Shown here in pieces: positions 45,829 to 53,807 of a stretch of DNA of 64,000 nt (positions within the stretch are counted from its first letter, which is position 1; each line of letters opens with the position of its first letter). A model generated the notes under the pieces. It worked only from the letters and a program-made list of their open reading frames with translations. It made no database searches and was not told where the DNA came from. Source of the DNA: Candidatus Nanoarchaeia archaeon (lineage in GTDB: Archaea > Nanobdellota > Nanobdellia > CSSed11-243R1); contig JAQTNH010000001.1 of assembly GCA_028713895.1 (NCBI GenBank), forward strand, positions 181,808-245,807, given 5' to 3'. The position numbers were made by a program, and so were the translations under genes.

Positions 45829-46127
45829 GTCCTGTTTGTGCAGTCTGAGTCATCATTGCAGTAATCAGTGCAAATTCCTATGCTTTCATTTGCTTTTTGA
45901 GTGCAAATGCCTTCAGCGAAATTCAGGCATTCAACATAGCATATCTGGCCTGAGCTGCATTCATCATTTATGTGGCATTCTCCTGGATTATGCACATAGA
46001 CATGGTGCTCAACAGCTGTGAAATTTGGCTTAACAATCATAACGAGAGCGACAAATGCAAGAACAATAACAGCAAAAAGAATGTTTCTAGAACAAAAGAT
46101 GCATTTGAAATCTAATTTTTTAGCCAT
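45768..46127 (-). CDS. Secreted Cys-rich small protein (signal anchor plus about 12 Cys)
   Basis: Start MAKKLDF preceded by GGAGGG. The mature part is NPGECHINDECSSGQICYVECLNFAEGICTQ...CTDYCNDDSDCTNRTC. Confidence 0.5.
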   Translation of the reverse strand: MAKKLDFKCIFCSRNILFAVIVLAFVALVMIVKPNFTAVEHHVYVHNPGECHINDECSSGQICYVECLNFAEGICTQKANESIGICTDYCNDDSDCTNRTCQAKTLSLQAESKQVNVCV

Positions 46128-46150
46128 AGTTATCCCTCCAAAACATCCTG

Positions 46151-46303
46151 TCAAAGCTTGAATCTTTTTGGCTTCTTTTCTGTTTCCTCTTCTAATACAA
46201 GAGCGCCTACATAGCCGCATTTATTACATTGGTATTGGCCAAAATTGCCGCCCATGTAGAGGTCTATCTCTTTTGAGCGGCATTTTGGGCACATCTTTGC
46301 CAT
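46151..46303 (-). CDS. 50-aa zinc-ribbon micro-protein (CPKC...CNKCGY)
   Basis: Not in the ORF track. The arrangement TAATATG couples it to the upstream gene. Confidence 0.45.
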   Translation of the reverse strand: MAKMCPKCRSKEIDLYMGGNFGQYQCNKCGYVGALVLEEETEKKPKRFKL

Positions 46304-46304
46304 A

Positions 46305-46544
46305 TTATTTGCAGCAATTGTTGTTGCAGCTGCAGTGGCCTTTCTTCATCAGTGCAAATGCTATCACTAGCAATGCAAGAATCCACCATGCGATGCCATC
46401 AAAGATGATTCCTTTTGTGTTAAGTATCCACACAAGCAAGCCTGCGAAGACAAGTCGCGCTAAAAAGCCGCCGTGGCAGCCGCAGCACATTCCTTGCCAG
46501 GACCACACCATCATTTTTGGTTCAATTTTTGATTTTTTTGCCAT
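46305..46544 (-). CDS. Small membrane protein with CCGCHGG and CSCNNNCC motifs
   Basis: Start MAKKSK preceded by GAGGTG. Two TM helices. Confidence 0.5.
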   Translation of the reverse strand: MAKKSKIEPKMMVWSWQGMCCGCHGGFLARLVFAGLLVWILNTKGIIFDGIAWWILALLVIAFALMKKGHCSCNNNCCK

Positions 46545-46587
46545 ATTTTTACACCTCAAAGTTTTAAGATTTGCTCGAATCTTTTAA

Positions 46588-46854
46588 TCATGATTCGCGT
46601 TCAATTTCGCGGGCTTTTGTTTTTACGTCTACTACAACTTCGCGCTCTTTGTTAAGCACGCCAGTAAATTCTTCCAAATGTTTTATGCCTATGTCTGCCT
46701 GGTTTTTTGCATCCTCAAGAAGCTTTAAATTGTTCTTTTCAATAGCGCGATCTATTATAGTTTTGATGGTTTTGAGATTATTTGCTGCTTTTTTAATCTC
46801 TTCAAAGCCTATTCCCTCAAGCGCCTGAAGGTTCTTTGGCAGTTCTTTTGGCAT
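46588..46854 (-). CDS. Hypothetical protein (88 aa, start MPKELPK)
   Basis: ORF-track call trimmed to the Shine-Dalgarno-supported start. Confidence 0.4.
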   Translation of the reverse strand: MPKELPKNLQALEGIGFEEIKKAANNLKTIKTIIDRAIEKNNLKLLEDAKNQADIGIKHLEEFTGVLNKEREVVVDVKTKAREIERES

Positions 46855-46858
46855 GTAA

Positions 46859-47575
46859 TCACCCTTTTTTAATTTTGTAGTATATTTTCTTTCCAATGGC
46901 TTCTTTTTCCAGGGCGCCCAGCTCTGCGAGCCTGTTCAGCCTGAATGAAGCTGTTGAACGGGATAAATTGATATAGTCAGCGAGCTGGTTTGCTGTGACG
47001 CGCTCCTGGCGGCCGACCCAGTCAATAACTTCCTTGTCCTTGATTGTGAGCTGGCTTATGTGAGTTATTGCGCTGTCCAGAGTCTGTGAGGAAACTCCTT
47101 TTTCAGCTATTTCGTCCTTTGTTCGCTGCAATAGGTCAAGTATAAAGTCTAATTTCTCTAAATCATTGAGTTTTTCAAGGCGATGGTCCATTGACTTAAG
47201 AACATGATTTAATTCCTCTAAAATCTGGGAATTTATGATTTTAACCTGTGATAAAGGATGCTGCTGCGCTGCCTTTATAGTGTCTTCCCACTGCTTTATT
47301 GCTATGTGCGAAGCTTCTTCCTGCAGCTTTAGCTTTGTTGGCTCGTGTTGAACAGTTGATTGGCGCTCCTGCCTTATTTTGGCTAAATCTGCCTCAAAAT
47401 CATGTTTTAAGTGTTCGTCAACAGGTTCGTCAGTTGTTGATTGCTGTTCAACAGAATTTTTTTGCTCGTCTAGAAGGTAGGGCCTAACTATTTTTTCAGA
47501 ATCCATCTTTTCTACCGGAAGGCTGTCTTCAGGCTTGCTGCTGAAAAGACGTTTTAAAGCGTCTAATATCCCCAT
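46859..47575 (-). CDS. Transcriptional regulator with C-terminal wHTH and N-terminal coiled coil
   Basis: The wHTH segment is LADYINLSRSTASFRLNRLAELGALEK. Confidence 0.6.
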   Translation of the reverse strand: MGILDALKRLFSSKPEDSLPVEKMDSEKIVRPYLLDEQKNSVEQQSTTDEPVDEHLKHDFEADLAKIRQERQSTVQHEPTKLKLQEEASHIAIKQWEDTIKAAQQHPLSQVKIINSQILEELNHVLKSMDHRLEKLNDLEKLDFILDLLQRTKDEIAEKGVSSQTLDSAITHISQLTIKDKEVIDWVGRQERVTANQLADYINLSRSTASFRLNRLAELGALEKEAIGKKIYYKIKKG

Positions 47576-47639
47576 TTCACCTGCTTTTTAAAGGCAAGGG
47601 ATGTTTATTAAGCTTTCTATGGCGCATTTTAGGGGTTCG

Positions 47640-47940
47640 CGCGCGAGCGCACCTGTTGGCGCAGTTCCAACACATCCAACACTTTAGTCAACAACTTCGA
47701 CACATTCGACACATCATCCAACACATTCGACAGTCAACACATCCAACACTTCCAACATATGTTGAACACATGCTTAATTTGCCTATTTTTTCCTTCAAAT
47801 TACGTGGTTTTAGTGTTCAACAGATTCGTCAAAAACCCAACAGATTCAACAGTCAACACATTCGACAGTCAACAAGTTCGACAACAAGTTCGACACATTC
47901 GTCAACAAGTTCGACAGATGGTCCAACACATAGATTAGAG
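47640..47940. repeat. Iteron-like degenerate direct-repeat array with a 9-bp inverted repeat
   Basis: More than 20 copies of short units (TTCGACAC/G, ATCCAACAC, GTCAACAC/AAG). The inverted pair is GTTGAACAC (47762) and GTGTTCAAC (47815). Confidence 0.6.
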
Positions 47941-48108
47941 CTGAAGTATAGTATTACATTATTATTCAATATTGAAATCAAATAAAGTGAGATGGGTTTT
48001 TAGGAGTAAAAAGAGAGGGTGGGCCTAAGTTGGTAAGAGGTGAGAATAAGGGGTCAAAAAGTGAGGGTTCTAAGAGAGATGTTTGAAAAGAAGGCAAAAA
48101 TGGCGAGA

Positions 48109-48456
48109 TTAACTGTTGTTTCGTTTAATTAAGTCTTCTACAATTAGTTTTGGGTCAATATCTTTGTTTTTCAGGCGAAACATGCGCATCCTGATTCCTG
48201 TTGACTCGTAAACGGCTTCTGGTTCGAGCATTTCCACAAAATTCTGGAGGTATTTGTCAATCAAGTAGCTTACTGCATAGGGTTTCAGGCTTGTATTCTT
48301 TGCTATTTTGCGTATCCAGACCCAAGCTTCCTGTGTTTTAAGGTATGCAAGCACCTTGAAAACCTTATGCATTGGGTCGCGTTCAGATGGCTGACGCTGC
48401 TTTCGAACTGACTTTAACTCGAATTCTTTGGCGCAGTGTGGACAAACGACCTTCAT
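48109..48456 (-). CDS. Zinc-ribbon (CPHC) plus wHTH-like small regulator (115 aa)
   Basis: Start MKVVCPHCAKEF with the Shine-Dalgarno site AGGTG. The ORF-track N-terminal extension is rejected. Confidence 0.5.
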   Translation of the reverse strand: MKVVCPHCAKEFELKSVRKQRQPSERDPMHKVFKVLAYLKTQEAWVWIRKIAKNTSLKPYAVSYLIDKYLQNFVEMLEPEAVYESTGIRMRMFRLKNKDIDPKLIVEDLIKRNNS

Positions 48457-48548
48457 ATTTACACCTGTAAAAAGATAAGAATATGGTAGAATATAAAGCT
48501 TATTATTAGTCAAATTGCCTAATAGCTGTGTTTTAATGCATTTTAGCG

Positions 48549-48851
48549 TTATCCAGTTGTTTTCATTACAGCTGTACAAACATGACTTACGCACTTGCAG
48601 GAACCTGCGCCGCAATCCATTGTTCCATTACTGCATTCCATTGTGCAAAAAGTATCCATACAATTTGGCGTTTGGTCAACTGGAACACAGGAAGTTGAAT
48701 GACAGCACTGGGCTTCAACGCAATCTAAATCTTCAGTGCATTCAGGCTGCTGGGCTTCGATTTGATTTAAAACAGGTTCGTACTTATTAAACAAAAGTAA
48801 GGCTGCAACCAAAGCAACCACGATTACAAAAAAAGCTAACCAAATTTTCAT
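48549..48851 (-). CDS. Secreted Cys-rich small protein, paralog of 45768..46127
   Basis: Signal anchor, then QQPECTEDLDCVEAQCCHSTSCVP...CKCVSHVC with about 16 Cys. Confidence 0.55.
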   Translation of the reverse strand: MKIWLAFFVIVVALVAALLLFNKYEPVLNQIEAQQPECTEDLDCVEAQCCHSTSCVPVDQTPNCMDTFCTMECSNGTMDCGAGSCKCVSHVCTAVMKTTG

Positions 48852-48883
48852 AATAAAAAAGAAACATTCAAAGAATAAAAAGA

Positions 48884-49336
48884 TTATGACGCAGAGGATT
48901 TACCCTGTTTTTCAGGCTTAAGCGATGGAAGCGGTATTGGCGAAGGAAGCCCTACTTTTGCTGCCTGTTCAATCGCTTCTATCTGGCTTTTATTCATTGC
49001 CGCGTTAAGTATCCCAACCATCAGTTTGGGCTCAAGTTTTTTATTCTTTTTCCATTCATCAACCACTTTGCTAATCTCGTCTTTAGTGTTCACATAAACT
49101 ATTTCGCCTTTAACCAAAATCTCTCCGAGGTTCTGGTCTTTTGGCTCTTTCAGTTCATATTTGACAGCATAAACAAAGTCTATTATGACGCCATTATTTT
49201 CCCTGCCAAAAGATTTAAGCTCGCGAACATCATCAATTTTAATGTCGTTTGAGCGTGCACTTGGCTTTATAATATCCGCTTTGATAATATTTCTAACCGC
49301 TTTGGTTTCTCTTAATGTAATATTAACAATTGGCAT
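48884..49336 (-). CDS. Hypothetical protein (150 aa)
   Basis: ORF. Confidence 0.45.
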   Translation of the reverse strand: MPIVNITLRETKAVRNIIKADIIKPSARSNDIKIDDVRELKSFGRENNGVIIDFVYAVKYELKEPKDQNLGEILVKGEIVYVNTKDEISKVVDEWKKNKKLEPKLMVGILNAAMNKSQIEAIEQAAKVGLPSPIPLPSLKPEKQGKSSAS

Positions 49337-49424
49337 TTTGTATCACCAGCTTGAGCAAGCTTTTGAGAATTTATAAAATTAACTAAATCAGCAGATTTTT
49401 AAATGAGCCATTTCTTGCATTTCT

Positions 49425-49435
49425 GGTGGGGTTCT
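49425..49435 (+). promoter_or_regulatory. GGTGGGGTTCT leader motif
   Basis: TATA box TTTTAAAT lies 26 nt upstream. The ATG is at 49449. Confidence 0.55.
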
Positions 49436-49448
49436 AGATGGTGAAATA

Positions 49449-49715
49449 ATGGCTTACAAACAGAAAAAAATACTCAAAAATGAAACAGCTGAAGTTTTTT
49501 GCAATGATTTCAGGAATATTCTGAAGGTGTCAACCAGCATTGATGATGCTTTTGACAAGGTTGATGTTTACCAGCATAACAGGGATGTGGCGTATACAGA
49601 AGCAATGGAACTCGAAGAGCGCGAGAATTTCAAGGCTAAACTTGCGCTTGGAGGGATAATGCTCGGAATCGTTGCTGCAAGTTTAATCGGCTACTATGTA
49701 TACATAAATCTATAA
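49449..49715 (+). CDS. Small C-terminally TM-anchored protein (88 aa)
   Basis: ORF with a C-terminal hydrophobic helix. Confidence 0.5.
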   Translation: MAYKQKKILKNETAEVFCNDFRNILKVSTSIDDAFDKVDVYQHNRDVAYTEAMELEERENFKAKLALGGIMLGIVAASLIGYYVYINL

Positions 49716-49933
49716 ACACCAGAACCCAAAAGATAAAAAACTTGGACATGCTTAGTAAATGGGGCTGATAAAATGGTGTACAGGATACAAAATGCAGTGA
49801 ACAGAGTTGAGGACATACTTGAAAATTTTGATACATATACTAGTTTAGCTGCGGTAATCCAGAACGTGCCTACCACTAAAAGGTATCAAACCAAACACAT
49901 GTCAGACTATTTTTTTGAAAAAATTGCGAATGT

Positions 49934-50515
49934 TTAGGACGAAATCGAAGGAATCCTATTTTTAAGTTTCTGCACAGCGAAAGCCATTGTTCCGCCCACA
50001 AGTGCTGTGACAAGCTGAAGCATGCCCATATTCATGAATGCCTTTGGAATTATTGCGAGCGAGACGAGAACAAATGCTGCGCCAAGGATAACTGCTGTCT
50101 TTGCCGCAGATGCTATCCATAGAACAGGGAAAAAGCGCAGATTATGCTGCAGCTGAAGCCATTTGAATGCCAGAACAATTAGCGCGTTTCCAAGCCAAAT
50201 GAATGGAAGGGCATAAACCAGGTACATTGTAAATCCGCCGAACACATATCCGCCTGCGATAATGCCCAAACTTGGGAAAAGAATTACCGGAAGAAGCTTT
50301 ATTCCGCGCAGGTTAAACGCCGCCAAAACAAGAGCCATGTTCACGAGAGAGCCGACCAAGAACTGCGGCTGCTTCAGGAACATTGGAATAAAAAACGCAA
50401 GCGCAGAATAAACTGAAAGCTCAATCAGCTCCTGAATATTACTTATCTGGAACTCCTGTTTATTGAAGATGCTGTGAACATAATCGCAGAATCCTGAAGT
50501 TTTATCATTTTTCAT
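49934..50515 (-). CDS. Polytopic membrane protein, possibly an ECF-transporter S-component-like protein
   Basis: 193 aa, 5-6 TM helices. The family assignment is uncertain. Confidence 0.5.
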   Translation of the reverse strand: MKNDKTSGFCDYVHSIFNKQEFQISNIQELIELSVYSALAFFIPMFLKQPQFLVGSLVNMALVLAAFNLRGIKLLPVILFPSLGIIAGGYVFGGFTMYLVYALPFIWLGNALIVLAFKWLQLQHNLRFFPVLWIASAAKTAVILGAAFVLVSLAIIPKAFMNMGMLQLVTALVGGTMAFAVQKLKNRIPSISS

Positions 50516-50569
50516 GCAATATCGAAGCTGACAGCAATATTTTAATGTTGCGGACGCATTGGATTCTGC

Positions 50570-51481
50570 ATGGAGACAAGCGCGGATGTCAAAAAAGTAA
50601 TCGGGCTGCTCAAGGGCAAAAAGAAGCTCATTGCAATGCTTGCGCCTTCCTTTGTTGTGGATTTCAAGTATCCTGACACAATTATCCTACTCAAACAAAT
50701 GGGGTTTGACAAGGTAAGCGAGCTGACATTTGGCGCGCGCATAATAAACAAATATTATCATGAAATAATCAAGAAAAATCCGGACACGATGTTCATAAGC
50801 ACTGCATGCCCGGTTGTCGCGATGATGGTGAAGTCGCAGTATCCGCAGTATGCGGGCAATCTCATGCCTGTTGTGTCTCCGATGGCTGCAACCGCGAGGA
50901 TTCTCGACAAAAATTATCCAAACCATGATATTGTGTTCATTGCGCCGTGCCCAGCAAAAAAAGAAGAGGCAAAAATCTACGGAAAGCTGATTGACGCGGT
51001 GATTACATACAAAGAACTGAAGCAGCTGATTGAATATGCCCAAGAAAACAAGATGATTAAGCCCAAAAAAGTCAAAAGCCATCTTTTTGACAGGTTCTAT
51101 GCAGACTACACGAAAATTTACCCGATATCAGGAGGTTTGTCAAAGACGCTTCATAAAAGAGACATACTGAAAGAAAATGAAGTAATCGTGCTGGAAGGGC
51201 CTGCTGAAATGCAGAAGCTGTTCAGCTCAAAGATTCCAAAACACATACGCTTCCTTGATGTGCTGTTCTGCAAGGGCGGATGCATCGGAGGGCCTGGAGT
51301 GAATTCCCAAGAGCCGATTGAAGCGCGGCGCGCGAAAGTGCTCAGCTATCTTGAGCTGGCAAAACATGAGAAGATGGGCAAGAGGCGCGGGATGATTAAG
51401 GACACTGAAGGCGTTGAGTTCAACACGCCAAAAAAATACATAGGCAACAAGTGCTTTACAGAATGCGAAAGGGATTTTTAA
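50570..51481 (+). CDS. [FeFe]-hydrogenase-like H-domain protein (Fe_hyd_lg_C, Nar1/HydA-like)
   Basis: Motifs ISTACPVVA (L1-like, only one Cys), IAPCPAKKEE (L2, MPCxxKxxE) and FCKGGCIGGPG (L3). There are no N-terminal ferredoxin domains. Confidence 0.55.
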   Translation: METSADVKKVIGLLKGKKKLIAMLAPSFVVDFKYPDTIILLKQMGFDKVSELTFGARIINKYYHEIIKKNPDTMFISTACPVVAMMVKSQYPQYAGNLMPVVSPMAATARILDKNYPNHDIVFIAPCPAKKEEAKIYGKLIDAVITYKELKQLIEYAQENKMIKPKKVKSHLFDRFYADYTKIYPISGGLSKTLHKRDILKENEVIVLEGPAEMQKLFSSKIPKHIRFLDVLFCKGGCIGGPGVNSQEPIEARRAKVLSYLELAKHEKMGKRRGMIKDTEGVEFNTPKKYIGNKCFTECERDF

Positions 51482-51690
51482 CCCATTTTCAGAACGGATT
51501 CTTCGACAACAAATTCTTTTCCCTGGATGTCAACCTTGTCTCCGACGTGGAGCTTTTTGCGGTTTTGAGTCTCAATCGCGCCGTTTACTTTAACGTGCTT
51601 GCTTCGGATAATCAGCTTTGCCTGTCCGCCTGTCGAGGCGAATCCCTTCAGCTTCACGAATGCATTCAGCTCGATGTATTTGTCTGCCAT
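51478..51690 (-). CDS. S4-domain RNA-binding protein (YbcJ-like)
   Basis: 70 aa. The motif KLHVGDKVDIQGKEFVV is typical of S4-like proteins. Confidence 0.65.
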   Translation of the reverse strand: MADKYIELNAFVKLKGFASTGGQAKLIIRSKHVKVNGAIETQNRKKLHVGDKVDIQGKEFVVEESVLKMG

Positions 51691-51697
51691 ACCAGAA

Positions 51698-52582
51698 TCA
51701 GATTTGTTTTGTCTTTAATATGTTTGTCCTTCCGAGCGGCTTCTTCTCGATGAGCCCGCTTTCCTCAAGATTGCGGATTAGCCTGCTCAAGCGCGGCTTT
51801 GAGAACTCAAGTGCGTTCTGCACGTCTTTCTGGTTCACCTCGCCTTTTTCGCGCACAAACTCATAAATTTTTTTCTCATCGCTGCTCAGCCCGACAGTAA
51901 CTATCTTTTTTTCGCGCTTCTTGAACTGCAGAACAATAATTATAACCGCTGCTATTGCGGACAATATGATAAGCGCTGGGATTAAAATGGTTAATATTGA
52001 AACTCCCCTGGACGCTTGTTCGTAAGTAACAAAAGCCTCAAAATCTTCGCTTGGAGATGTCTTTTCCCAGTTCAGGATTATACGCTTGCCATCGCTCAGC
52101 ATGCTGTCCGGCTCAGGAACTGCGAGAGACTCCTTGTCAAGCTCAGAGACAAAATAACCCTGGGGCAGCATGATTGTGAAACCAAACAATTGGGTGTTTT
52201 CGGGAATCGGCTGCTGGATGCGCACAAGCTGTTTACCACCTGATTGCGAGACTATGTTGGAAAAATAGACATCTGCAACAACAATTTTGCTTGAGCCCGA
52301 ACCAACAGAAATGTAAAAAGACAGTGCGCTGTCTGAGATTGTGAAATTGATATTCTCAAAAGAGCTTCTGTCGTAAACAACAGCTCCCTCTGCTTCGAAG
52401 GGCAGGGAAATTTCTACGTTTCCTTCAAAAGGACCTGCTGTCACAAAAGAGTATTGAGCAGAGGATACTGCAGTTTCGGACAAATCCAGGACAACACCCA
52501 TCTCCTCGATGCCCTGTGCATAAGAACTATTGAATGCTACCAAAATCAAAACTACTGATGCGAATAATGAAAATCTTTTCAT
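51698..52582 (-). CDS. Membrane-anchored wHTH transcriptional regulator with an N-terminal extracytoplasmic domain
   Basis: Signal peptide, about 190-aa outside domain, one TM helix (ILTILIPALIILSAIAAVIIIVL) and a C-terminal wHTH (FVREKGEVNQKDVQNALEFSKPRLSRLIRNLEESGLIEKK). Confidence 0.55.
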   Translation of the reverse strand: MKRFSLFASVVLILVAFNSSYAQGIEEMGVVLDLSETAVSSAQYSFVTAGPFEGNVEISLPFEAEGAVVYDRSSFENINFTISDSALSFYISVGSGSSKIVVADVYFSNIVSQSGGKQLVRIQQPIPENTQLFGFTIMLPQGYFVSELDKESLAVPEPDSMLSDGKRIILNWEKTSPSEDFEAFVTYEQASRGVSILTILIPALIILSAIAAVIIIVLQFKKREKKIVTVGLSSDEKKIYEFVREKGEVNQKDVQNALEFSKPRLSRLIRNLEESGLIEKKPLGRTNILKTKQI

Positions 52583-52646
52583 GCGCTCACTTAAAATAAA
52601 TAAAAAAGGGAAAGAATTAAATCTTTCCTATTTTTCCATGTTTGGC

Positions 52647-53450
52647 TTATTCAGACGCGACTTCAGTTTCATTCTCTATTTCAACTTCAGTCTCTTCCAC
52701 AGGTTCGGTTTCTTCTACCTCAACCGCTTCCTCAGGCTCAACCCCAGTTTCTTCCACTTCAGTTTCAGATTTAACATTATTTCCATGATTAGTCTTCTCT
52801 GTTTCTTCTGTCTCTGTTTCGACTTCTTCCGCGCTCTTTTCAGTCTGAAGCTTTACCTTAACGCTGGTTTCCTCTTTTTTGTTCTGTATCTCTATCTTGA
52901 GCTTTGCAGTTGAGTTGCCCATTCCAGCCACCATTTCGTCAACAGTTGCCTGCTGCTCTGCTGTAAGGGTGCCTTTGGTCTTAATCATTATATTGTCAAG
53001 CTTCTCAACGTACATCCTGTGCTCGTTGATTCCTGCTTCGATTTCAGCAACCGCTTCTGCCTCGTCTGTTGCATTGCTTTCGCTCAAATCCGCCACCTCT
53101 ACCTCAACTTCAGCAAGAGATTCGTCATGAGCTTTCTGCGCTTTTGCAGCCTGGTCCAGCTTCTTTTCCTGCACCATTTGCTGCACTTCTGCAAGCCTCT
53201 CGTTTGCATGTTCAAGTCCAAGCTTTGCCTTGTCTGCCTTGTCGAAAGTCAGGGCAAGCTGGATTCGCTCCATTGCGCGCTCAAGTCCGTAGAACGGGCT
53301 GTCTGGAGTCACGCCTGCATCAGGTAGTCCTTCAACAATTGTTTCCTCTGCCGGAACTTCGATTGTCTCGTTTGTACTCTCTGCCAATGCGACAGGCAGG
53401 AAGAACAATACTGCAATCAAAATACCGAACAACATCTTATTTGCGTTCAT
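52647..53450 (-). CDS. Secreted acidic protein, DUF5667-like
   Basis: Signal peptide, SPFYGLERAMERIQLA...GLEHANERLAEV, then an E/T-rich tail. Confidence 0.5.
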   Translation of the reverse strand: MNANKMLFGILIAVLFFLPVALAESTNETIEVPAEETIVEGLPDAGVTPDSPFYGLERAMERIQLALTFDKADKAKLGLEHANERLAEVQQMVQEKKLDQAAKAQKAHDESLAEVEVEVADLSESNATDEAEAVAEIEAGINEHRMYVEKLDNIMIKTKGTLTAEQQATVDEMVAGMGNSTAKLKIEIQNKKEETSVKVKLQTEKSAEEVETETEETEKTNHGNNVKSETEVEETGVEPEEAVEVEETEPVEETEVEIENETEVASE

Positions 53451-53470
53451 CTTCACATCCTCCATTTATC

Positions 53471-53794
53471 TTATTTAATAGTAAGACCATTATTATATCT
53501 TCTTTTATTTGGCTGATAAGGCGGTTGTTGTGCTTCAATGCGTTTTGAAGTCCATACTTCAACAGTCTCCTGAGAGTTTGTTTGAGTTTTTGCGTTCATC
53601 TCAGCCATTTTCATTTGTATGTCCCTGTCCAATTCCTCTTCTAACCGGCTCGGGTTTGACATCTGACCAGCTTCAAGGCCAGGGGACTCATTAACAGGGT
53701 ATGCTTCGGGAATGCGCGGTTTTCTACATTTTTTCCGTACACTATTCAAACTGCCTTCATCATCCAAACTTGTTTTGTAGTCTGATGTCTCCAT
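53471..53794 (-). CDS. Hypothetical protein
   Basis: The internal start METSDY was chosen to avoid a 70-nt overlap with the upstream gene. Confidence 0.3.
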   Translation of the reverse strand: METSDYKTSLDDEGSLNSVRKKCRKPRIPEAYPVNESPGLEAGQMSNPSRLEEELDRDIQMKMAEMNAKTQTNSQETVEVWTSKRIEAQQPPYQPNKRRYNNGLTIK

Positions 53795-53807
53795 GCTGTA
53801 TCGCTCC

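Noticed and set aside
47640-47940. Possibility that the repeat array is a CRISPR array
   Set aside because: The units are 8-13 nt, degenerate and contiguous, with no 25-45-nt unique spacers. No cas genes or leader-like structure are present.
47656-47985. 109-aa ORF across the repeat array
   Set aside because: Its translation is a His/Gln/Ile low-complexity product of the tandem repeats.
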